Shown here: piece after piece, positions 44,859 to 58,879 of the stretch
How positions within the stretch are numbered: position 1 is the first letter of the stretch
Layout of the letters: every line of letters starts with the position of its first letter
Origin: Eledone cirrhosa
Taxonomy: Eukaryota
Direction: 5' to 3'
NCBI GenBank assembly: GCA_964016885.1
Contig: OZ024754.1
Location: 19,220,001 to 19,284,000, forward strand
Length of the DNA: 64,000 bases
Made by a program: the position numbers and the translations under genes
Notes under the pieces: generated by a model
What the model saw: only the letters and a program-made list of their open reading frames with translations
Database searches by the model: none
What the model was told of the DNA's origin: nothing

Positions 44859-45049
44859 AGGGCGGTGGATTGGCAGTATCGGTAGAGGGTCGGACGCCAT
44901 GCTTTCCAGCATAGTTACGTCCCTTTACGATCTGAGTTCAAATCCCGCCGAGGTTGACTTTGCCTTTCATTCTTACGGGGTCGATAAAATAAAGTACCAG
45001 TAATGCACTGGGTAATTGCTGGCCTTGTGCCTAAAGTAGAAATAATTAT
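44859..45049 (+). mobile_element. tRNA-derived Meta-type SINE
   Basis: A/B boxes and core. Confidence 0.88.
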
Positions 45050-45155
45050 ATGATAAAATAAAATAACAGAGATGAAATAAATTTAGGGAGAGAAATATAA
45101 AGATAAAGATATATAAAATAATAATGTAAATATAAGAGGTTTTGATGTATATATA

Positions 45156-45545
45156 TAATTTCTTCCTTGCTGCGCCAACAGTGGCCAGTAAATCTGAGTC
45201 TCTGTCCACGTATTGACCTGCTGATAGGTGGTATATTGCCATAGAGATCCTTATTTGTTGGGTGTCCCTCCAAGATACGTTTAAAGCAGCACAGAGCATA
45301 CGTGTATGCTCGTCTAGATTTTTCTCCAGTTTCGACGTTAGCAAGGAAGAAATAGCAGGTGATGTGTTGTTATGGAGTCCATCTCATGGAGCAAGAAACG
45401 CTGGTCGTCCCAAGAAGACATACGTCAAGCAACTTGAGGACGATACTGGATGCACTGCGGAAGAACTGGCAAACGCTATGAGAGACAGAGATGGATGGAG
45501 GAAACGTCGTAGAAAGCCGAGCAAGCTCGACCTAATGATGGTGAT
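45156..45545. mobile_element. Short RTE LINE 3' end with 5' inversion
   Basis: Minus RLRFTGHCWRSKEEI; plus SKEEIAGDVLLW..GRPKKTY..MRDRDGWR plus GAT tail. Confidence 0.85.
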
Positions 45546-45957
45546 ATATATAAATATAAGTATGTATACGTACATACATATATGTATACACACGTACACT
45601 AGTAGGTATATACATACATACATGCACACATATATATATGTACGTATGGGTTTACCGAACATTTATTATAATGCTCGGTTTGTTTGTAAACAAACAGCCC
45701 GAATTAGTAGCCGTATAGTGTTCATCAACCATCGTTGCCCTTTTGTTCAACACTGACTAAGGAACGATGAACTAGTTTATAGCCTATTAGCTGGGTCTAT
45801 CTATTGTCTGCTATAGGCAGACAATAGATAGACCCAGGACACCATAGTGAAATACCAATATATGGAACATTACATTCATGTAACCATCTTTCTTTACCTT
45901 ACTTTATATTCCTCATTCCATCGTACCATTATCAAAATTTTCATTATCTCTTTTGAA

Positions 45958-46076
45958 GTTCTGAAGAGCTGCTCCATTTTTACCTAAGTTAATTATCTTC
46001 ATCTGAACCAGATCAATAATGATCTATAATCATTTGATCCAGAAAGATTATATGGAGTAGCAAAACAATTGTAAAC
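45958..46076 (+). ncRNA. Degenerate hammerhead (G12A) with about 95-nt stem II
   Basis: GUU CUGAAGA GCUGCUCCAU...AUGGAGUAGC AAAA CAAUUG UA AAC. Confidence 0.6.
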
Positions 46077-46213
46077 GGACATTATTATTATTATATTTCC
46101 TTACATTAAACTATATTTACACTCCTTATTCCTTACATTAAACTGCAACTATGTTGACAATCTTTAAATAATGTCTTCCTTGTGAAATTTGTGGTCTGGT
46201 TTTGCTTAACTAA

Positions 46214-46381
<168 letters not shown>

Positions 46382-47294
46382 AGAATAATCGAGAATTGGA
46401 ATATCAGCCCACGAAATCACGATAAACAATATCCGATATATGTGGCAGAGGGCTCAATAATTTGGAAAAATCAGATCTATAACTATCGTTGAAATACCAA
46501 CACATAGAGATCATGCCTAAAATCACCCATGCAGCCGAAAAAGAACGACCAGGAAGATTCGGGTCACTCAAATAAAATATCAATAATTTAATAAATTAAA
46601 TGAATGTAAAAAACTCACCCGGACCCGCTAGAACGATGTTAAATCTAGCTTCTTGGGTTTCTGCAATTCCTTAATCCAATCACTATCAGCCCACATACAA
46701 AATATATAGGACTTCTAGAGAAGAGACGAACGAGGAAAGGCTTCTTCAACGAGTATTTCGTTCCATAATACAGAGGGGACCCGAAGCCAAACAACGCACA
46801 TGGTATTCAGCAAGGGAGGGAACCCTTATATTAGCGAAAGAATTCGGTGATGTGTAAATTATGTAAGAATACAAATTATCACATATCGAATCAGAGTGCT
46901 CAACAGACATGTTAAAATAATTATTATTTTATTATATATATATTTCAAGGGAAACCAAGGCAAATTATGGGGCGCTTTCATCAGATGAAATACAGATTTG
47001 TTTGACAAATATATCCAGGAAGCTTAAACCGTTAAGGTTGTCTTTTTATCGGGTATGTCAATATTTATTTATAAAAAAAATCTGTATTTCATCTTATGAA
47101 AGCGCACCGTAATTTGCATTGGTTGCCCTTGAAATATATATAATAAAATAATTATGGTTTTATAAATATAGTATCCATTTATTAATATATTGAATATTTA
47201 CTCCACTAAACTGGTGAGTGCTTTATATCAGTTTTAAATATTTAAAAAATTGTTTAAGCTTATTGAATCCCAACAAATTAAATATAAATTCTGC

Positions 47295-47384
<90 letters not shown>

Positions 47385-48293
47385 GCGCAACCGGTAAAAA
47401 CTTAAAACTAAAACTGAATACTCACCAATACTTATTACTAATTTTTACTTATTCCTAATTAAACTATTTTTCACTGGGAACAATTTGTCAGCATTTTCTT
47501 TAGACCACTTTTTGCCTTCTTGACTACTTTTTCAGTTTTGTATGACGTTTTAACATATATGTTTAGCTCTGGTTTTTTAACTATGGATCGCTTGCCAGCA
47601 TAACCATGATTTTGCGTTTCGTTTCGCTTTTTCTACCCGCCGAAATGCGATTCTGGCTGAATTTATATTTGTATTAATCTCCCTAGTCTTACAAATAACC
47701 TGTTAATAATTCTATTGACAAATTAATTGCATAAGTTTATTTTAAAACTACCCAGTTGAGTGCTTATTCGATTTGTGCTATTTATGCAATTTTTTGCATG
47801 ATTTACTCATACTGAATTTATTTGCCAAAATCTGCGGTTTTTCCCCTTGTGAGTTACGCATGTGCTTTTACAAAGCCCTGCGTCATTCACAAAGTTGGCG
47901 CAGAGCAAAATACCTGTTGATAACGTGATATTCCTTGTTCGATCATTATGCCGCCAAAAGCTTATAGTTTTAAGCAGACAGTATTATTGATTTAGGTGTC
48001 ATAGAAACACTGCATTTGGATTTTAACATCAATTCCAATGGGTCCAGGTCGGTTCTATATATATATGTGTATATATATATATACGATTTTATCATTTATT
48101 TTGTTTGACCTGTTTAGTTTGACTTGTTTTTTGGCTTAGGTGGTTGATGCTTTCTTGACCACTTTTCAGTTTTGTATGACGTTTTAACATATTGTTTAGC
48201 TCTGGTTTTTTAACTATGGAGCACTTGCCAGCATAACTATCATTTTGCGTTTCGTTTCGCTTTTTCTACCCGCCGAAATGCGATTCTCGCTGA

Positions 48294-48386
<93 letters not shown>

Positions 48387-48584
48387 GAACAGATTAAAGT
48401 TTAAGCAAAGAATCGCTGCTTTCACCCTTAACATAAGGTCCCGTTAAGGGTGAAAGCAGCGATTCTTTACTTAAACTTTAATCTGTTATTTTAATAAATA
48501 TTTTCTCTACGGTTCTTATATATTTGATATATATTTATCCTTATCGAGCCCTCTTTGGATTTTAGTTTTCAAATTTATTATTAT

Positions 48585-48627
<43 letters not shown>

Positions 48628-48784
48628 TGAAAAGCCACCATGCATACACCCACATATATACACGCGCATATATACACACAGACGCACTGAAGTATGCACC
48701 CAAGCACGCATGTGCGCGCACTGATACACACACATACATACACACACACATACATACATACATACATACATACATACATACATA

Positions 48785-49412
48785 CATGGTGGCTGCCAAC
48801 TCGTTTTCGAGTACGGCCACTACTTTATATCCATGTAGGAGAACCCCTACCGATGCGCTGAACGAGTGTGACTTTTTAGTCCAGCCAGCGACTTGAAAAC
48901 TCTGGTACAAACACCCCACTTGTGACCATTATTGACATATAGTGCTGGGCCCATGGTACCATGTGATGACAAGTGCAGAGAGATCTCCAGATATAAAGCA
49001 ATGCCTGTGCCGTGAAGCTTTTATAGTGAGCAAAGGCACTGCACAAAGCCAGTCCCACTCTCTTAACCAAGATGATATTTACCAAAAAGAACAAGTCAAC
49101 ATCATTGGATACCATCAGAGTTGCAGGTGTTATATCAGAGTTTTCCTTCTCCTAGAATTCTGCCTTGACAAAGGCTAAGGGGTCGTCTCTCCCTGTGATT
49201 TTGGATGGCCATTGACTCTTAAGAGCTCCTTTGCCCTTTGACAGGTCTTGTTTTTAGTCCTGCAGGATGTCCAAAGTCACCCTCCTCACCAAGAAACCTT
49301 GATGGGGTTGCCAGTTTAGTCGCCAACGACCCGACCATGAGACAGGTTGTACTGGGATACATATTACCAGTAGCACCAACTGGTGACCAACTGGTGACCT
49401 GACATACCTGAC
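48785..49412 (-). mobile_element. Inverted copy of the 632-bp (TATG)n-associated element
   Basis: Reverse complement of the 51120-52360 units; flanked by (CATA)n. Confidence 0.88.
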
Positions 49413-50925
49413 ATACATACATACATACATACATACATGTAAAACATTCCAAAAATTTTGCATCTAATAACTGCATATACACATGCACACATACAACTCA
49501 AAACATCCACATCCACAGATCCATATCTACACATGCATGCATACATACATATCTACCTAGTTGATGTTGTGTAAATTCCAATGAGAGAGTCTTGTGTCTA
49601 TGTTAGAAACCGACCCTCTCTCTATTGATAAGACTTTGTGAAATTATAAAACCAGAAGAACATACATACATACATACATAATACATACATACATACATAC
49701 ATATATACATACATACAATATATACATATATACATATATACATATATACATATATACATATATACATACATAGGCAAACAAACTCATCCTACTACAATGG
49801 CCACATAAATATATACATTAATGTTTGTTACAAAAACCAATGCTTGCCTGTTTGTCTCTGCATGTATATGGTATATGACAGTGTGTATATTTACTGTGTA
49901 TATATGTATATATATACGTGTGTGTATGTGGAGTGTGTAGAAATTATGGGCATAAACCATGTACGCATGAACATCGATCTCACTATAAAGTGCCCCCTGG
50001 AGAGATAAAACGTAAAAAGTAAAATGGTCTTGACTGAATTCATCCTTCCCAGTAAATGAATACAAATAGATTAGACCAAAGGTTCTCAACGGGGGCCATA
50101 TGCCCCCCCCCCCCGGGAGCGTTATGCACTAAGGGGGCTTTAGGAGGTGTTTGAAACTTTGGGGGCGTTAGAAGACCCTTTAGTTTGGTAAGTTTTATAA
50201 GTCATATTTGTACGTCTCTTAGACAGCCATTTGAATGAAGAAAACGATGAAAATAAATAAAAGAAGTTTGTCAACGAATTCCCTAGGGGGATAAAAGAAA
50301 ATCAAAAGAAATCAAAGAGAATGAAAATGAGGAATACTTCAACAGAAATGACTACAAAAAGAAGCAATGGTGGTGAACATACACACACATATATACATAC
50401 ATACACACACACACACCACACACACATATATATACACACACAGGCCGGCGTTAGTGTTTGATGAGGTTGAGAACCCGGTGAGCTTTCAGCCAGAGGTGTC
50501 GTAGTTAATCTCCCTGGGTAATAAAATCTGGAGTCAAAATTTTCTCCTTACCAAAAAAACATCATAAATCATGTCAACACACTTAAATATAAATGCATAG
50601 CTATATACATACGTAAATGTATGTATGTATATATGTATGTATGTATGTTTTGGTTGTCGACTCTGTGCAAGACATTTTAGATCATTGGCTGGGCTAAAAA
50701 GCCACATTCGATCGCAGCGCTGTTAGTTGCTATCGTGTGTGTGTGTGTGTGTGTAGATATGCTAATGTGTGTGCGTGTGTGTGTATATATAATATGTATA
50801 TGTATATTATTATTGTTGTTGTTATTATTATTGTTGTTATTATTATTATTATTATTATTGTTATTAATGTATGTGTGTGTGTATATGTGTGTGTGTGAGT
50901 GTGTGTGTGTGTGTGTGTGTGTATG

Positions 50926-50970
<45 letters not shown>

Positions 50971-51119
50971 TTTTAAATTTATTATTATTATTATTATTTT
51001 TTTTTTTTTTCTTCTCGTGCAATGGCCATACTCGATAACGAGGGGGCAGCCATCATATCATGTATGTATGTATGTATGTATGTATGTATGTATGTATGTA
51101 TGTATGTATGTATGTATTA

Positions 51120-52362
51120 TGTCAGGTCACCAGTTGGTGCTACTGGTAACATGTATCCCAGTACAACCTGTCTCATGGTCGGGTCATTGGCGACTAAACT
51201 GGCAACCCCACCAAGGTTTCTTGGTGAGGAGGGTGACTTTGGACATCCTGCAGGACTAAAAACAAAACCTGTCAAAGGGCAAAGGAGCTCTTAAGAGTCA
51301 ATGGCCATCCAAAATCACCGGCAGAGATGACCCCTTAGCCTTTGTCAAGGCAGAATTCTAGGAGAAGGAAAACTCTGATATAACACGTGCAACCCTGATG
51401 GTATCCAATGATGTTGATTTGTTCTTCTTTTTGGTAAATATCATCTTGGTTAAGAGAGTGGGACTGGCTTTGTGCAGTGCCTTTGCTCACTATAAAAGCT
51501 TCACGGCACAGGCATTGCTTTATATCTGGAGATCTCTCTGCACTTGTCATCACATGGTACCATGGGCCCAGCACCATATGTCAATAATTGTCACAAGTGT
51601 AGTGATTGTACCAGAGTTTTCAAGTCGCTGGCTGGACTAAAAAGTCACGCTCGTTCAGCGTATCGGTAGGGGTTCTCCTACATGGATATAAAGTAGTGGC
51701 CGTACTCGAAAACGAGTTGGCAGCCACCATGTATGTATGTATGTATGTATATGTCAGGTCACCAGTTGGTGCTACTGGTAACATGTATCCCAGTACAACC
51801 TGTCTCAGGGTCGGGTCGTTGGCGACTAAACTGGCAACCCCACCAAGGTTTCTTGGTGAGGAGGGTGACTTTGGGCATCCTGCAGTACTAAAAACAAAAC
51901 CTGTCAAAGGGCAAAGGAGCTCTTAAGAGTCAATGGCCATCCAAAATCACCGGGAGAGATGACCCTTAGACTTTGTCAAGGCAGAATTCTAGGAGAAGGA
52001 AAACTCTGATATAACACCTGCAACTCTGATGGTATCCAATGATGTTGACTTGTTCTTCTTTCTGGTAAATATCATCTTGGTTAAGAGAGTGGGACTGGCT
52101 TTGTGCAGGACCTTTGCTCACTATAAAAGCTTCACGGCACAGGCATTGCTTTATATCTGGAGATCTCTCTGCACTTGTCGTTACATGGTACCATGGGCCC
52201 AGCACTATGTGTCAATAATTGTCACAAGTGTAGTGTTTGTACCAGAGTTTTCAAGTCGCTGGCTGGACTAAAAAGTCACACTCGTTCAGCGCATCGGTAG
52301 GGGTTCTCCTACATGGATATAAAGTAGTGGCCGTACTCGAAAACGAGTTGGCAGCCACCATG
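51120..52362 (+). mobile_element. Two tandem 632-bp units separated and flanked by (TATG)n
   Basis: gtcaggtcaccagttgg at 51121 and 51753; each unit ends ...gagttggcagccacc-ATGT repeats. Confidence 0.88.
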
Positions 52363-52383
52363 TATGTATGTAGATCTATATAT

Positions 52384-52434
<51 letters not shown>

Positions 52435-52575
52435 AGAGGTATCCACCCTAAGTTGTGGGGTCTATTCTGCATGAAGAACTCCATGTAATCCATATGTTGA
52501 AAATGTTGTAGGTTAAGATAAATCTCAGAAAACAATAAAACATTAAAAAGAAAACAGTCATGATATAAGTTAAAA

Positions 52576-52932
52576 CAATGAAATAAAAAATCAAGTCTTT
52601 AGAGATATACTTCACTGCTTTACGATCGTTTCTAGATGGTGATAATACATTGTATCTATACTCAACTATTGATCTATGTAAGTTTACAAACTATCAGATA
52701 GAGAGAATATTTACTTACATGCATATCACCAGCTGTTTTCAAAAGCAAAAATTATTATTGCTTTTAAAAACAGCTGGTGATATGTATGTAAGTAAATATT
52801 CTCTCTATCTGATAGTTTGTAAACTTACATAGATCAATTACTGAGTATAGATACAATGTATTATCACCATCTAGAAACGATCGTAAAGCAGTGAAGTATA
52901 TCTCTAATGACTTGATTTTTTTATTTCATTCT
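52576..52932. mobile_element. Fold-back element with U3-A8 variant HHR
   Basis: About 170-bp arms; 52616-52747(-): UGCUU UUGAAAA cAGcUGGUGAUA...UAUCACCAuCUa GAAA CGAUCG UA AAGCA. Confidence 0.75.
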
Positions 52933-52936
52933 TTTA

Positions 52937-53057
<121 letters not shown>

Positions 53058-53071
53058 TTATATATATATAA

Positions 53072-53186
<115 letters not shown>

Positions 53187-53193
53187 TATATAT

Positions 53194-53538
53194 ATTATAA
53201 TAAAATAACAGGAGGCTGGACTTGTGTAAATCCTTGAAACGTTTATTATACTATGATCATTTCAATGACCGGGTTCGGTATGAATCCGGTGATATCATCA
53301 GGTATTCAAAATATAATAAATGAATGTAACAGATAAAATCCATGGGGCTGAAAATAATAGACCACGGATTTACTCTGTTACAGCCCCATGGATTTTATCT
53401 GTTACATTAATTTATTATATTTCGAATACCTGATGATATCACCGGATTCATACGGAACCCGGTCATTGAAATGGTCATAGTATAATAAACGTTTCAAGGA
53501 TTTACACAAGTCGAGCCTCCTGTTATTTTATTATAATA
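53194..53538. mobile_element. Fold-back element with two inverted HHRs
   Basis: AUAC CUGAUGA ..ACCGG..UUC..GAA..CCGGU.. GAAA UGAUCA UA GUAU at 53248-53305(-) and 53426-53483(+, UGGUCA). Confidence 0.85.
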
Positions 53539-53674
53539 ATTAACTCCGTACTCGCACCACCAACTACACAAACGAAGACGGTTGAGCTGCTTTACGTTGA
53601 GTACTCTCCATATTATTACATCAAGATTGACCATACGGAATTACCAACTCTATCCAGTGGTGAACCTTCAAACC

Positions 53675-53715
<41 letters not shown>

Positions 53716-53737
53716 AGTGTAATTTTCTACACAAAAC

Positions 53738-54064
<327 letters not shown>

Positions 54065-54648
54065 TATGTGAATGTGACTGTTGACACCTGGAATATAGCT
54101 TAAGGGAAATATGACAATAATGGTAAGGATAGGCACCCAATACTTTGAACTGGTCTATAGAATTCTCTAGGCCTTTGTCACTCTAAGTAGAGATTTAAAG
54201 AATTAGCTTTTAAAGAATTTCCCTTTTCTTTAAATACATCAATCATGACCGACCCCCAACCATCTTATAGACACCTGAAATATATGCATTGTTAGCCTAA
54301 GAGAAACTTAAAAATAAGGAGTGGCACCTCATTCTGAACTTGTTTATAGAATTCTTTCTGCCTTTGTCACTCTAAATATAAATTATAGCCTTAAAGAATT
54401 AGCTTTTAATGAATTCCCTTTTCTTTCAACCAATGACCTCCACCCATCCCACTCCCCACCCTCTCCTACCACCTGAAAAGATATAAATACCACAACATTT
54501 ATTTTTGCAAAGCCAGGTTCCTGATGATTTCTAAAGATTAAAACAGTTCTAGTCCTGTAGAATCTCATCTATATTAAAACTTTTATACTCTGCTATGTAT
54601 TGAGTACCTTACTTACTGTGGTTACCTCCGATTCAACCCGGAATAACT

Positions 54649-54698
<50 letters not shown>

Positions 54699-54914
54699 CG
54701 AGGGAAAAGTGGTAAGGAACCAGGTGGACCATAACGCACCAAAGTACTCAATACTTAGGGTAGTAGAGTGGGTAATAGGAGTAAGTAAGACCCCGACGGC
54801 TGAGCTCAAGCCGTTTCGACGGCTAAGCCGTCGAAACGGCTTGAGCTCAGCCGTCGGGGCCTTACTTACTCCTATATATATATATATATATATTTACATA
54901 CATATATATATAGT

Positions 54915-55474
54915 TATGTAATAAACAACATAAGGCAATTATTCCATTTACCAGTGGTTTCTTAAAAGCAAAAGATTTTGTTTTCAATCCTCAGAATGAA
55001 AAAATCCTGATCTGTTTATTGAATTTGGATTTTAAAAACAAAAATGCAATCTATATGAAAGTGAGGCTGGAGAAGGAAGAAGGAAAGGAAAAATAAAATA
55101 AAACTACACATGCAAACACACACACAAAAACACAAAAGTATACATACACACATATATATATATATATAAAATATGTAGTTTAGAAAGCCACAACAATGCA
55201 AATGGGAAATCTCGAGGTAGGAAGTGAGTGAGAAATAGGAGAAAAGTGAAAATTGAGAGAAACGAAAAAGGAAAACAAAACAAAGGTAGAAGGGTTACCG
55301 TAGTGGAGATTGAATCCGAATATTTCGGGCTCACGCCCATCAACGGGGGAGAGTTCCAAAAAGGGGGGGGGGGGGGGGACAGGCTAAGCCGGAGAAAGTT
55401 GTATTGTCGTTAAAACATAGGAATGCCGTTATGGGGAAAATTCAAACGAGGGAAAGAATGCATATATATGTATG

Positions 55475-55514
<40 letters not shown>

Positions 55515-56603
55515 CACATACATACATACATATATATATACATATACATACACTCATACATACACACACGCACACATATATACACACATATATGTGTATA
55601 TAAATACACACAAACACATATATACATACGCACATAAATATCAACACATCCATACATACACATACATATATACAACCACACACACATATATACACACATA
55701 CATACACATAGAAACATAAATATAAATACATATACATACATATATATATATATATATATATGTGTACAAGCATACACATACACAAACATAGCCATACACA
55801 CATACATATACATACATACATACATGCACACAATCATACATATATACACACGTACATACATACACATACATAAATGCACTCCTCTACATATTCACACACG
55901 CAAATAAATATAAGAAAAAAAAAAATATATATATATATGAAAAAAAAAATTTTTGACAGCGATACAGAAGGCAGCTAACTGGACAGACACGCGTGGTAAG
56001 TAATACACACAAATGCACGTATACATACGTACGAAATAGTAAATACATACACACACTCTCACACATAAATATACATATAGAAATACATAAACACATACAT
56101 ACACATACATGCACAAACACGCACACGCACACGTATACAATTATACACACACATATGTATATGTAATAATACACACACACATATATATATATATACATAA
56201 ATATAAACATACACACACACACATATATGTATACATACACACATACATATACATACATAGCTATACAATTATACACATACAAATACGTACATATCATAAA
56301 CACGCACAACCAAATACAAACACACACACACATACATATATATATATACATACACACACATACACATATACATGTGTGTGTGTGTAAGACTCAGTCTTAG
56401 ATAATTCATATGAACCTTACATATACATATATATAGTAGTAAAGTAATAAAGTAATAAGCAACATAAGGCAATTATTCCATTCAGCAGTGGTTTCTTAAA
56501 AGCAAAAAATGTTTCCTTCAATCTTCAGAATGAAAAAAACCTGATCTATCTACATATACATACATATACACACACAAATATATATATATACATATATATA
56601 CAC

Positions 56604-56634
<31 letters not shown>

Positions 56635-56640
56635 CACACA
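54915..56640 (-). mobile_element. pLTR/3'-type repeats with HHRs, mirrored at about 59930-60620 and 61830-62555
   Basis: HHR UUCAUU CUGAGGA UUGAAAGCAAAA-UC-UUUUGCUUUUAA GAAA CCACUGG UA AAUGGA at 62471-62528(+) and, with one stem II change, 54943-55000(-); mutated copies 56477-56534(-), 60017-60074(+). Confidence 0.8.
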
Positions 56641-56822
56641 AATATACATACACATACACATAGGTATGTGAAGGGCAAGGCAAAAAGAATATATGGGGGG
56701 GGGGGACATAGGAAAAGGTGAAATATAAGGGGAGGTAAGGGAGAAAAAAATAAATATACAAGAGTACAGAACGTAGAATCAGCAAAAAAAACCGTAGCAG
56801 AAGTAAAGAGCAGGAAAGGAGT

Positions 56823-58853
56823 TCAAGGCGGTTGATTTATCATAGGAGTGTCAATCCAGTTACAGATCAGATGCGATTTCAGATGAGGACAGAATCTGAA
56901 GATCTCAGTCTTTGAGTTAAGGCAAGCGGAAGTGGCTCTCAAGTTTAGCAAAATCCTATACTTTTCTGTGGTACACAAAGAACAATTCTTTGTGCCTCTT
57001 TGGTACTCCCTCGAATGGTCTAATATAGACCAATCAATAGAGTACGGGATGTTACTATCCTTGAGTTCCCACACCTTACTTGCGAGGGCCGTTGATGTTC
57101 TTTTATCGGAGTGCTTAAAAGAAGCGACATGTGAGTAAAATCTGGTTTTAAACCTGTCCTGGATCATACCGACATATCGCTCACTCCTGGCTGCTGGTTG
57201 TTGATTACCGGTGTTATCTTAGCCTCATAAACAACAGATTTGGTGTTGCATTTACCCTGAAATGGGCATTCATCCGGCTTCCTGCAACTGCATCCTGGAT
57301 TTATTCTCGTATGGTTTGAACTGGTGATTTTGGACTTCGTAGATGGGCAACAAGAGTAGCTGGTCTTAACTACGCTCCTATTAAATATCTTATAATATCT
57401 ATGATTAGGAGGAAAATCTTTGTCTAATAGTTCAAGGAATTTCCTTCCTACATTAGTTTTGACAGTTAGAGAGAAGGGGGTGTGAACCAAATAATCTTCC
57501 TTTTCCTGTTATTGTGGTTAGTTTTAGGGGGGAGGGGGGAGTAGGTAAATAAGAAATGTTTTCTGTAAAACCGCTGTTCTTAAGGGCTTTATTATAATAA
57601 GGGGCGGCTTTATTAAAAATGTCTATAGACGAAGATAAGGTAGAAATCCTACGGCTAATGTTAGGAATAAGATTATTAAAAACTATAGGGGGATGGCAAG
57701 ACTCTTTGTGTATATACCTAAGATTTTCATTAGGTTTATGATAGGGTTTAAAAGAGGCGGTAAGTAGATCAAGATTAATATCAAGAAAGTTAGCATTAGT
57801 AAGGTTCGTATCTATAGTGATTTTAATGTTAAGATTAGCAAAAGTATTGATTAAATCTTTACGGAATTTATCAAGGTTATGGCCGTTGATGGTATGAGAA
57901 ACTGCTAATCCGTCATCACGGTATAAACCGATATTATGGGACGGAAATTTCTCTTTGAGGGTGTGGAGAAGGAATAATCCTACTAAGTCACACACATCCG
58001 CACTGTCATATGAACCCATTGCAACATCAAAAGAGTTTTCAGGGTTTGACTTTTTAACCCAAATATTATCATTAGTAAAGAGTAAAGTTTTTCTAGCATG
58101 AAAGATAATGTCTTCTTCTAATTTAGAAATATTAATGAAGGGTCTTGCAAAATCTAAGGCATTAGTTAATAAGGAAACATTAATAGATGGGTAAAAATCG
58201 ACAATATCAAATTGGGTAAATCTACACTTATTTTTACCTTGTATATTATTGAACCAAGAAATAACAGAGGAAGTATTTAGCCACTGTGATAGGTCAGTGT
58301 TAGTTCTAATTTGGAGAATTATTTTTCTTAAGATTTTCTTACTTGCAAGGCCAACCTCGGATTTAGCCGGGTTAATCAGTCTACAACTAGGTCGATTAGT
58401 AAAGTCCAATTTATGGTCTTTAAGGGTAATATATACTTTACGCTTAGCTAGGCTTTCAATCCGGTTATCTATTTGTAAAGAACTAGCTAGTTCTTTAGCT
58501 TCTTTATTGATAGTATTGTAGGTATTATTATTAGTTAATTGATATTTATTGGTAATACTATTAGTTAAAAGTTGGTTATACAAAGTACTATTAACTTCAA
58601 AGAGATTTTTAGTTTTATCAGAAAGAACAAAAGTGTTTGTAGAATTTCTAAAATTAGAAATATCGTTAGATAGTTTAGTTTGAAAGTTATTATTGTACTT
58701 ACGAAATTTGATATCAATAATTAGATTAACAAGGTCTAATTCGAAGTTGGCCATGTCTTTAATTCTAGGTGGATATTTACGGGATTTGATGTCAAAACAA
58801 TCTTTAGTATCAGCACTGAATAGTCCATCGTAAACCATTGCCTTCCATCTCAT
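56823..58853 (-). pseudogene. YRDD-type PLE RT + GIY-YIG, frameshifted into three ORFs
   Basis: TLKDHK, CRLINP, FDIVDFYPSI, MGSYDSADVCDLVG, GLYRDDGL, CSCRKPDECP..C..SVVY, FKTRFYSH, CSLCTTEK. Confidence 0.92.
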
Positions 58854-58879
58854 TAAATAAGTATATATTCCATCTCATT

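Noticed and set aside
51024-51202. HDV-like ribozyme spanning the (TATG)n junction
   Set aside because: P1, P2, P4 and J4/2 can be drawn, but P3/L3/P1.1 cannot.
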